A stretch of 64,000 bases of DNA from Ylistrum balloti. Taxonomy: Eukaryota. Below, piece by piece: positions 1 through 12,900 of this stretch; within the stretch, counting starts at the first letter, position 1, and every line of letters begins with the position of its first letter. The translations under genes were made by a program, and so were the position numbers. The notes under the pieces were generated by a model. The model was not told the DNA's origin. It worked only from the letters and a program-made list of their open reading frames with translations, and searched no databases. The stretch covers positions 1,364,001-1,428,000 of the forward strand of contig NW_026782083.1 in assembly GCF_031769215.1 (NCBI RefSeq). Direction: 5' to 3'.

Positions 1-916
1 TGAATTGCTCACCTGTTCTGCAGCCCTTGGTAACACTTAAGGTTTAGTAGCCCTTCATCTGATGCTACAGACTCAGTATAAGTGTCAAGGATAATTTTAC
101 TACAGTGTAATGAAAAAGTGTTTGAAGATTTCAACATAACTGACCCCAGTGACTTTGAAAGTGGGGTCAAGGTCAAATGTGGAAGTAGCAGTACCCTGGG
201 CCTTTTCCTTATTGAGAAAGGTAATTTCAAAATTTTAAAACACAACCCTATACGACCTTAAAAGTGGGCCAAGGCCATTCACTTGAACAAACTTTATAAC
301 TTGTCATTCCAGCATGCTACAGGTCAAAGATCAGTATTCTGGGCCAACACATGTTTTAGGCAGGTGAGCTAATGAATGAAATTGAAATTGTAAATTACCA
401 GGTTTCATTTTTTAAGTTCCTGGTGACTGGTGTTTATAATTGTCTCCTATGTCAAGGGAAATCTGACCTGCATTATACAAGATTTCAGACATGAAAGGTA
501 TAGGGTCATCTGCTTGACCACATGGGAATTCCCACGCACTTCAGTTTCCTTCCACAGAAAGATTTCTTGTACACTTCCATTCAGGCCAACAAGAGTGATT
601 AATTTAAGATGGAATAACTGGTTTCGCAATTGTTGTAAAATAAATGAAGTTTGATTTTTAAATTTCACCAGATTTCATTTTTCAGTCCTGGTTACTGTAG
701 ACTTTATAACTGTCTCCTTCACTAAGTGACATTAAACCTTTACCTTCCTGGTGACCATTTGGTGTATTTATGTGTCCCCCTGATCTTTGTCTGTTAATGA
801 AGTTATAGACATTTTAACCTTTATCAGATACCATACTTCAATATTTACATAATGAAGAAATTACCCAATTCCTGGACAGCAGTACGTAACTTTAACATGG
901 TATAGTGAATCCTTAC

Positions 917-3900
917 CTCTGAATATCTTGGATGGCTAGAAGATATGACAGCTGACTTTGATGAAACAGTGGTGTCGGCTAATGACCCAACCTCCAACCT
1001 TGGTCCTCCACTGACAACTGTTGTTGAGGTAACCATATCAATGTCTCTTGTACTTGACGACAGACTTGTTGGTTCAGATGATGCAGACGTCACAGAGTGG
1101 GACTCGGGTGATTGTGGAAGTTCCCCCTCTTGACCTGGATGCCTGTCTGGTGGCCTCGGAATGAACTTGTCCGAGCTCTCCTTTTCTGCATTTGCATTGC
1201 TGGTATCATCATTTTCATCCTCTTCGTCATCCTCATCATCTGGGTAGTCCCACTGTGTGTGCTTGCTCTTCTTGCTCATGTAGAAGTAACGCCTGTAAGC
1301 TCTACACAGGAAAACACCCATGAGAGGAGAAGATAAAAGTGATGAAATTCCTGTTCATTAACATTTTCTATTCTCTGTAAAAGGTTACTATTACCACACC
1401 TGTACAAATCTCAATTTATACTGTAACATGACTGATCAACTCCCTTATATGGTAGTTAATAAGTTAATTCCCATAGATAATGGATAAAATTCATTGGGAA
1501 ATGATATTAACTCCTTATTAATTTATGAACTTTCTTTTTTAAATAAGTTAGGTCCTTCAGGAAATATGTTAATTTAATTGTATAATGAGTTTACCCCTTA
1601 AGGAAATGAAATCTGCTTTAGTAGGCAACAAAAATTTGAAATTGTTAGCCTATTTCTGGTGGGGTAAAAAAATAGTAACAATAATAAACTGAAAAAAATA
1701 CTAACAATAGTATGACGAGTAAATCTCCTGAACAACAAACAAAACACGAACACAAAAAATATTGTTTGAAAACTTTTTGTCGAACCATCTTTCATTCAAG
1801 TACTTTCAATTATAGAAGAAGAGAAATTAAAAATTTATGTTTTTTTCAGGATTGAGCTGGGAACTAAAAGAATGCATGCCTTTTTGAAATTAGATATATG
1901 GAGTAACTGATTTGACTTTGAGTATAGTTACATCAGCTGTTAAATTTTAAATTTTTACTTTTGAAATTTAGATTTCTGATAAAACCACTAAATCTTGCAG
2001 AAAACGGTTGTCTAATCCACTATAACAGGGGGCATACACACCCTAACCCCAGTGTTCAAATTTGTTACACAGAATACAAAATATTACAGTATAAATTGAA
2101 TAGATTTTCTGACAGGGTTTGTAGAAAGAATGTTCCATGCATTTTTCTTTCTTATTCTTCATTTTTTTCCCATTTGAAACAAACAATAGCGAAAAACAGA
2201 GCAAACGAAAGAAGGACAAACTGATCATAAAACGTCTTTCCTACATTTAGTAGATATCAATTTTGATGAACTAAAAACTGTAACGTATAAATGATACAGT
2301 TGGTATATATCACTGAATATATCAACAGATGTCATGCAATTTCTTTAATAAACTACTGAAGGAGGATCATACTGTAGTTCTTATGAAGCTTATAACAGAT
2401 AATCATATTTTTAAAAAAAAAAAAGGCAGAAAAACTTGCATTTTCAATACAAAATACCAGTACTTCTACATTCTTCAACATGAGAATTAGAATTTTCAAT
2501 ATGTTTTTTTCAATGATTTAAAGATTAAATCCAAACGCCAGTCTTTTTTTCTCTTTTAACACTGTTGATTTCCATTGCCACTGATAACAGGTTTGGCATG
2601 TAATCAGTCATCAGGACCTGTATGACCTGGAACCCAAGGGTCTTAATAGCTCACCTGTTCTTTACTAAGCATTTAGGATACAAAATGGACAAAATATCTA
2701 CCAGTTAAGAACACACAGGACTGGGCTATAATATAAAGTCCCATCTTTGGCGTCTAATCAAATGTTAAACATAAATACACACTTGACCAAAGTATACTAG
2801 CTTACTTTTCGCAATTTCTCTGGGGAGATTGGATATGTTCAATAGACAATTGGATCATAAATATATTTTTTATCCTTTCCTAAACTATACTCTCATGCAT
2901 GATACATGAAGTTTATGAAATCAGAGCCAAGATCATGATGTTTTGAAACGATTAATTCATAGACTTCCTTTAGATAGACTTAACTTTAAAAACAAAACAT
3001 AAAAAATGTTTTTGAAGCTGCTCTTTCTGGTGAAAGAAGTTTATTTTTGAAATTATTAACAATTTAACAGTCACTTTTGGTCATGACAGTCTTTATACTA
3101 AATGAACTTTTTAAATTTCATAATCCAAATAGAAAGAGAATAGATTTATCATCCATCTCTTCCCTTCATTATCAAATATTTAAAAGTCTCCAATTGTGAC
3201 CTGTCTCCTGGCTGCCTCGGGATCCTATATCATACATAAGTCTACTCCTCTTTCCCATTGTTTATTCAGCATTATTTCCTATCAGACTGATGAATCTTTA
3301 ATACCAGGTTAATATTATTTCACTGACCAAGGAAGATTTCAAAGATTAACAAGCATTTCCCATTTTTGGAGGAGTCCCTCAGGGACCACAACCATTAATA
3401 GAGTAAGATCTACTAATGTATAAAAAAGACGACAGACAAAGGCTGCAGAGCCACAAGGTAAGCTCACTTGCTCTTCAGGCAGGTGTCTTAACAATTATCA
3501 ATGATGGACTATCTTGATAAAGAGAACATTGCTATAAGTCTCATGATAATTCAATTTGACTGAATGTAATTATAAACTTATCTAATGCTACTACACCTGC
3601 AAATCAATCAATGACAGGATACTTTTAATTAAATGCTATCAAAACTAATGTAGATGACTTCATACTGGAGTTGAAACCTTAGATACCTTCAATAAGTATC
3701 ATACCTACCAAATCGCGATAGTATATTTTTAAATGAAAATAAACCTTAATACAAAGTAGTATGACTAAAACCAGCTGAATTTGGTTTTCAAACGGTATAC
3801 CTTCAATCGTAATACACATGTATAGTAGTGATCCACATGATTAACACACTAGCATTAGCACAAAAAACACCAAATTACCTTTCTTTTTGGAGGGTAAAAA

Positions 3901-3948
3901 GAAAAAAAATCTATGTTCAATATGGCTTCAATGAAACTTCTGAATTAG

Positions 3949-3979
<31 letters not shown>

Positions 3980-6900
3980 AAACTTTAGAGACTTCGGGTG
4001 CAGGATTTCTGAGAACTAAAGTCAAGATGGAATAGAATGAAATATCTTGTTTGTGTCAACTGACATTTTTCACAGACAAGAGGCCTAGCAGCTTTGACGG
4101 TCACCTGAGATAAACACTATTGAATATAAAGGTTAAAGGATGGTTATCAAGTATCATGAAACTGAAATTGTGACACTGAATATAGTAAGCCAGTGTCAAT
4201 ACATGCATACCTTCAAAATTGTCATTCTATACTGAAAATTCTTACAAAGTTATTTCCAGTGGGAAATAAACAATGTTGTGCTCAAAAATGCAATTTTTAT
4301 ATGAAATTTACAGTTAAGTCTAAAAAAAATTTTTCCCCAGGTAGAAATGTGAGACTCATATTGGTAATCAAAGCACCTTAAGATGCTTCCATTCATGAAG
4401 AACATTTGATTCTACCATATCTGGGTCTTGAGAAGAAGAGTTTTGAAATTTAAGTCAATTTGACAACTTTTGGCCCCGCCCATCAGTCCCTGGAGGTAAG
4501 CCATGATCAATGTGGGCATACTATCATGCCATCATCATTCACTCATAATTCTAACCAAGTTTGAAATATTTCCAATGGAAAATAAACAAATTATGCTCAA
4601 AAATACAGTTTTCCTATATAAACTAAAGTAAACTTTACCCTTTCCCGACAGGGAAATTTGAGACCCTGAGGCCATGAAATTCACAATTTTGGTAAGGTAC
4701 AGCACCTTAAAATGCTTCCATTGATGAAGAGTATTTGTTTCTACCATATCTGGGTCTTGAGAAGAAGATTTTTGAAATCCAGATGAATTTGACCCCTTTT
4801 GGCCGCACCCCTCAGACCCCTGTGGGGTGGGGACTGTATAATCCACAATTTGATTCATTTTAGGCCTGGGAAGGTTTCTGAAAAATTCATTGACATCAGA
4901 TCAGACGCTTTTGAGAAGAAGTTGAAGATGTTAAATTGTTTAGGGAAGCACGACACATGACGCGTGATGAAGGCGATTTCAATAGTTCACCATGAGACTT
5001 TATCACAGGTGACCTAAAAAGTTTAGAGATTTCTATGGTAATAAAGACATGGTAATAAGTTAGACAAGTTACTAGAGAAGCATATTTGTACTGAGGTATA
5101 GTGTGTACGGGTTGGTATTTCTCAGCTGTATTCTAATCTTAAGTATATCAAAGATTAAAACTTATGTACAACACAAAAATTTTACTGACACAGGTTAAGT
5201 TGGTGATTTCTGTTTCAAATATGTTAGGTTTTTTTAAGACATATTTTGACCCCACTAACAACATGAGGACTTTGCGATCTATATTTTTTTCTCGTTCTCT
5301 TTTTGCTGGACTTTCAAGCCATTTCTTTTTAACTTCAAACATAAAAAATCTTAATGCTATGGATACATAATTCTCTTTTTCCACATTACAGTAAAGAAAA
5401 AAGATGAAAATTCATGTGTAGTCAGATTTTTTCAGAACGAAACAGCCTATTTCTTTTTGTGTAGACATTTTAAATTCACTTCCTTCAAGTCTTTTTACCA
5501 TTTTGGTAAGAACTGTAGTATCTGTTCTGATCAACTTGATCAAAGAAGAAGCTCTTTTTCATGATGTTAGCTAGAACCATTTATATCTGTCATATCAAAC
5601 TTTAATTGAAGCCCATTCAGAATGTGGTCACTCTCCTAGACCAGTAAAGTGAGCATGGCTACAATCCTGTTGATGCCAGATTTTAAAATACATGTACCAT
5701 CAACCTTGACCTTCGATAGACAATACTGACCTTGACACTGGATAGACATCTTGATATGTGTATTAGAAGTTTCCAATGATAGATACACTTTGAGTGATCA
5801 CAAGCAATTTTCTGTGAAATTCTACTTTTTTTTTCAAAGGCTATCTTTTATTGACTGCTAATCCATGATAATGGAACTGTCAAGAGTGAATACTCTGTGT
5901 GGGAATGACCCGCCAGTAAGATGACATTGAGATTCATGACCTTCACTTTGACCAATACCGCCAATATTTAAACTTTTCCAAAGAACATATATGCATAAAG
6001 TTAATACAATAAAGATGCTTGAGCCATGAAAAGAATCTCGAAGAAAGACAGACTTGACAAAAACACAACATCTTTTGTCTCTGTAGAACCAGTGGTATGA
6101 TTACATCAAAATCTACTTATCCAATCAGCATATCTATGGAATAATATACTAGGATTGTGTTAACAAATATCAACAGTAAATCATAGCCAAATAAATTGGA
6201 CATAATGTCTGTATTTCCCTGTATATTGGCTCCAGAGATGTTTCATGTAAGTTGTTTACACTGAAAGTATATATATGTAGTACTGTATCATCCAGTGATA
6301 AACACTGGGGCCAAAACATCACCAGTTTGCAATAAGTGGGTGGGCTTATTACAGGACAATTGTATAAGATTTGTTGGTGTTTTTACTTGGATGTGGGTGT
6401 TTATTGCCAGGCATGGACTTAGTGTGGGATAAATAACAAACATATGAAGTAAATCAGATTTATATTTATACAAAAATCTTAAATGTGAAACTTGAAAAAA
6501 GAATGGCAAGAGTATAAATACCTATGAAGGAAATTTGCCTTCTTTATAAACACTACTTACATGGCAGTTGTCATTCTTTCTGTGATAAAGTACATTTAGA
6601 AATGATTCTAAAGCAGACCCTTTACAATCAGGAACTCTCTACAAACCGAAAAAATCACCTGGTCCCAGTGATGTCCGGAATAAAGTAGTCTACTTTAAAG
6701 TAGCATTTCTTTCATACAAGTCTTCTTCTCTGATCTTGAAAGCTGGAACTTCGGGAAGTATACCACATTTGATATGACGTTAACTTCAAAGGACATTCTT
6801 GCTTTCTTAAAAGGTCAGAAAGTCATGCCATTCAATGGAATGAATTTCATGGGTTATCTTTCCGTTCTTCAAATGAAGTTTCTGTGATTTTGAATGTCTA

Positions 6901-9900
6901 ATCAATCTTCAGAAGTTCCTGGTTGCAGACCAACAAAATCTTCTTTTGAAAGTGCATATGGTTGACAAGTAAACTGACTCTTGTGAGATATTTTCCACAG
7001 GTGGTCCAAATCTTCATCTAGGTTTGACTTGATGAGAGAATATTTTCTTCTTTAGTGAGTCTTTGCTATAATGGCGCAGGTGCTCCTGGTTTAAATGCAG
7101 AAATATTCAAATTCTTTGTAGTCAGCTTACTTTCTGAATTCTTTGGGGTTCTCTCCAGCTGTACCACTATCAGATAAATTCTCTGTGACAAGGCAGCACA
7201 CTACATGTTACAATTATACAACTTTCAGCCCACTCTGGCACTAATTATTGGAGTTCTCTCTGCCAAGCTCTTGTTCAATATGAATCTTCTCAGACCGGTC
7301 AATACATAACACTGATACAACTTCCGGCCCATTTTGGTCAGAATTAAATAGTTCTTTGCCAAGCTCTAGTTCAATTTTAATCTTCTCAGACCAGCCAGCA
7401 CATAACACTGATACAACTTCAAGCCCATTCTGGCCAGAATTGTGTTTTCTTTGCACTATCGGAGTACCTGATCTGTTGGATCCTCTCCTTCAGTCAAGAA
7501 CATTTAAGCAGTAGTCCTCATTGGCCAGTTTACACACTACCACAGCCTGAATCCTCTCCCTCAGTGTTTCCACTAGAACAATCTTTCAAATTGAAAGCAA
7601 TTTAAGTATGTTCAGAGCTTATGTCTTTTCATAACACAACAAGCATACACATGCCAATTTAATTGTCGACAGAATGTTGAACATGTGGACCTTAGATACA
7701 TGTGAATCCATTAGTCTTTAGTCACTAGTCTTTTTTTTAAGTTTATGATCTTCATGTAAATCCAAAGTTCCTCTGACAGAGAGTTTATCAGGTTAGCATA
7801 GATATGTCATACCTTTCATGTTGATGGTTTCAAAAGCTGTACAACTTGTAGCAAGGTACAAGACACTGTATGATCACGTTTGTCAAAGCCCTTCCAGTTC
7901 TTTCTCCTCTTCATGAATGTCATTGAATTGCATCAAGACTCCATGTCACTTTTTCTTCTTTTTAGATGGAATTTCAACAATCCAGTGATATCTTCAGGTA
8001 TAGCTGCCAATATGTTAGATCATAAGTAGGTGTGGAACAGTTGATAAGACTGTGACTTCATTGAAAATCCTTCATTTAAATACATATCATTAACCAAATC
8101 TGAAAGCCATTCCAAAAAGTTTGTTCTTTTGTGCAAATCTAAGATATCTAAATAGAGAGATTTTAAACATAATAAGCATGTCAACTGAATTGTATAAAGT
8201 TCTCCTTCATTGCAATAAAAAAAATGCTGAGTCAGATCTATTTTCACTGGTCTAAAGTTCTCCTTCAGTAAAAAAAGATTTTAAGAACTACTTATGGTTT
8301 CAAATTTGACATTTGACCTTTAGCCTGCTTTAGGCTAGAGGGCACAAAAACCCAAATAATTTTCTTTTCCTCAATGTATACTGCCCAGTAATTTAAATAT
8401 CTTTAAAATCAAGTATTCTTTAGCCTTCAACCTGTGTATATGTAGATATAGTGACCTTAACCTTTTGACCTTGAGAACATATACAGATTAAAAGTGTACA
8501 ATCCTAAACCTTTTGACCTTGAGAATAAATATATATAAAGTGAGTACAAACAAGGTAACACATTAACATGCTCTAGAAATTCAACCCAACAATTCCAAAG
8601 TCAAAAAGAACAAGGACATCAAGCAAGTTTTCATTTATTTATTGTCTTTTTTTTTGGAAATCACATCACATTTTTTCACTGAAATCTTAAAAGTGATTAT
8701 TAGCTCTGTAAAAGGAACGACATTTCATCAAATAACAAAACATTGCTACACCCTAGCAGTATATGGATTAATTTGACTTCATTGCAGGTCAAAAGAAAAA
8801 TAATCTGAAAGTTTGCAATACAGGAAGGTAGACATTACAGAACGATGGAAAATACAGAAAGTTTGCCATTTAAGTAAGGTAGGCATTACAGAAAGATTGG
8901 CAAAACAGGAAGGTTGACAATAAAGGAGAGTTGGCAATACAGAAGATTTAAAATACAGGAAGGTGGACAACACAGAGAGCTTGGCAATACAGAAAAGTTG
9001 GCAATACAGAGAGGGTTGACATTAAGGAAAGTCTGCCAATGTAGAAAGGTTGACAATACGGAGAGAAGGACGATACAGAGAGGGCTGGCAATACAGGACA
9101 GTTTGCAATACAGGAAGGTTGAGACTAAGAAAAGGTTGTTAATGTAGAAAGGTTTGCAATACATGAGAGTTTGCGATATAGGAAGGTTGAGACTAAGGAA
9201 TGGTTGTTCATGTAGAAAGGTTTGCAATACATGAGAGTTTGCGATACAGGAAGGTTGAGACTAAGGAAAGGTTGTTAATGTAGAAAGGTTTGCAATACAT
9301 GAGAGTTTGCGATACAGGAAGGTTGAGACTAAGGAAAGGTTGTTAATGTAGAAAGATTTGCAATACATGAGAGTTTGCGATACAGGAAGGTTGAGACTAA
9401 GGAAAGGTTGTTAATGTAGAAAGGTTTGCAATATATGAGAGTTTGCAATACAGGAAGGTTGACAATACAGAAAGCTGTCACTTTAGAAAGGCTGACAAAA
9501 TGTTTAAATGAACAAAAATCATCTGATAGATACTATTTCAAAATGAGTGCCCTATCATATGCTCATATTTCCACAAAATGACCTTTATATTAATATCCTT
9601 GATATAATTAGCATCCAAACCTTACAGAAAGTGACTGTTTAAATATCGTTCCAAAGAAAAATATTTCTTAAAAAGCCTAAGAAGATCTTGATAGCCATTA
9701 TCCCCCTTTTTTAATTCCCCGATATAGGAGCCCCGTCGGGTGGGGAAAGGGATCTATTACAAAATAATGTAAAATGAAATGACAGAGGAAAGAAGATACA
9801 AAGCCAAGTGAAAAGACGAGACCATGAAAAAGGAAAGGCAACACAAAACAATGAGAAGAAAGTGTTTGTGTAGTGATATACACCCTCATGATCAGAGGAG

Positions 9901-12900
9901 TTTAGATCAAAGGAAAATGTTATAGAGACGATGGAAATTAAATGACAGAAAATGAAAATATAAAACAGAGGAAATGCAGAACACAATGAAGAGAAATGAA
10001 TCCATTCACTTGTTTACTTCCATATGAAACTTCTGTTGATGCCAGTCACATTTCTAGTTATACAAAGTTAAAACATTTTATTTCACATCTTATACATCAT
10101 CAAATTACAATCTAACAAACAGATTCTCTTAGCCAGAGAGTTGAGAGGGTCATTATATCAGCTCACTTGTGAAAAAGGACTTGAAAATGAATAAAATTAA
10201 ATGTATTACATGTTGGAAGTTTTTTTTTCTACTTTTTAAAATTGAAATCTTTAATTGTTTTTAATGATACACCAAATAATGTTTACTTTCCATTCAAAAC
10301 ATTCATGACTGACATCAACCTAAGAACATAAACTTTCCTTTCTGCAGCCAAAATTTCAAAAAAATTCAATTTTACAATTTACCAAATAAAATATATACTG
10401 TTTTACTCACCTTCATCCTTACAAACCAGTTTCTAGAATCAATTTCTTCTCTTTCTCCTCCTGGATTAGGATGTTTTATTGCCATGGAAACCATATCTGG
10501 CAGTCAGATCATCAGATGTCATGAAAACAAAGGTCCTGCACATTTCACAAAAGTCTGTGATCTTTGAACTGCGGCCAGTGACAGTTTTTAACACTGTCTT
10601 CAGAGCTACCACACAATGGCAGTGAGTCAATCTGTCCAAATGTTGACACAATGCTTTCAAGTATGGACCTGGATCTATTTATGGGGTTTTTCTTACTTCA
10701 AAACTTAAATAAAATTCTTCTAATTATAGTTATTTGTCCCACTTCTTAGTGCATGAGAGTTCTATGATGCCACAGAACAATCAGGCAAACTAAATTAAGT
10801 AAGGTTTTTCAGAAAACAATTTCTCATTTCTGAAGTGAAATGCATCAAAATCAATGATTTCTATGTTTTGGTAGATCATTGCATGGGATGGGTAGCAGAT
10901 CCATACTTGGCAGCACAAATGAGGATGTAGATGAGAGTAGAAAAAACAAGATGGCCGTACCTGTCCCAGTGACACGTCCATCCAGGGGGTGCTGCACTCT
11001 GCTCATACTGCTGTAATTGCCAGTTTGCCTCCTCAAGTTTGGCAACAAAGAATTCTGTGTTTAGACCACCTGCCTGCCAGTCTTGATGTCTAGTCTGCAA
11101 ATATTTTGTAAATTCTTACTTTCTAATTATCATAGATGAAAATTGGTTTATGGATAAAAGGCTGAAACATATAGACTTATTTGCCCTTGATATGAGACAA
11201 ATTTTATTCAAAGTTTTCACTATTCTTTTTTCTTAATTGAATTTTTTACTTAGGATTTTCACAAACAATTAGCATTTTCACCCAAGAATGTTTTCATTAT
11301 GCATAATATTCCAACTGTCTGACACCTTTGCAAACTGAAATCTTTATAACTATATACCTCACAATGAATGAAACAAGTAAAGCATTCATAACATGGTACC
11401 TACTTCCAGCTCTATTAAAAGAATCTGTAGCTTTGAAAGGCCTTTCTTTGTGACTTCAAGAAACTCCAGCTTGCTGAGTGCCAAATCTGCCAACTCTGAT
11501 GCTTGCATCTGTGAAGAATCAAGATTTTCATTTCAAACAGCAGTTAAAATACTTAATTGAATTTATCCAATTCACCAGTGTATCAGTTCAGTCACTGTTA
11601 TATATTATCTGCTTCCTTAATTATACATAGAGCATTGCCTTGTGAATTGTTTGTTTTCTGGAATGTATCAATACTTCAGTTCCTCCTTTTCAATTTCATC
11701 AGAAACTTGCATTGGATTTCATATGCACTTAATTCTTATTGTGAGCTCACTAAACATATCCCTTTTATCAAAAATGTTATGTAATATACCTTGAGATTGG
11801 CTAGTTGAACCTCCTTTAACCTATATCCCTTTCATCAAAAACGTTATGTAATATACCTTGAGATTGGCTAGCTGAACCTCCTTTAACCTATATCCCTTTC
11901 ATCAAAAACATTATGTAATATACCTTGTGATTGGCTAGCTGAACCTCCTTTAACCTTTATTCCTTTCATCAAAAATGTTATGTAATATACCTTGTGATTG
12001 GCTAGCTGAACCTCCTTTAACCTATATTCCTTTCATCAAAAATGTTATGTAATATACCTTGAGATTGGCTAGCTGAACCTCCTTTAACCTATCTTCAGAC
12101 TTGACCATAGCTTTCTCTAGGAATTTCTCAGTCTCTGGGGGCAGCTCCTCCACCACAGGGACATTTTTAACACTGTCATCCTCTACTTTAACAACTTTTT
12201 CTTCTTTTATTTCCTTTACTTTTACTTCAGTATCTTCCTTTTGCTCCTTCTTCTCTTCTTTTTTACTCTCTTTCTTCTCTTTGTCTTTCTTTCCATCTTT
12301 GTCTTTCTTTTTCTCATCACGATCTCTATGCTTATCTTTCTTTTTCTCATCTCTGTCTTTGTCCTTGTCTCTGTCTTTTCTTTTTTCTCCCTTTTCATCT
12401 CTATCTCTAGAATGTCTATCATCTTTTTTCTTTTTCTTGTCCTTCCTGTCATCATGTTTTCTCTTAGAGTCTCTGTCATGATCTCTCTCACTTGATGATC
12501 GATGTGATCCTGCATACATAAAATCAGAGTTAAACACACAGTTGAGTATTTAATGTAATATTTAAATAAAGTTAGAAACTGAAGAATATTGGATCCAAAC
12601 ATTGCTCAAACTGAGTTGGATAGTATATATAGTTGAGCATGTCAGTAGCGGTGCTCTAAATAACTTTCCATGCAGTTGCATTCAAAGTACAGACAGTCTA
12701 GTTCTGGAATATTTCTCTCACTTTTTCTTAATTAGATATTAAGACAATTCAGCACAACTATGACATGTAACAATTCTTCATGCAAAGCTCAAAAATATTG
12801 ACATCAAAAACAAAAAATTCAAAATCTAATACAAATATGGAACATGATGACAGACGTTTTGTCAAAATCTGACTATGAATGCCTAAGTGTACAACATAAT

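Noticed and set aside
12101-12602. Overlapping antisense and alternate-frame ORFs over FNBP4 exon 10
   Set aside because: Expected by-product of low-complexity purine-rich coding sequence.
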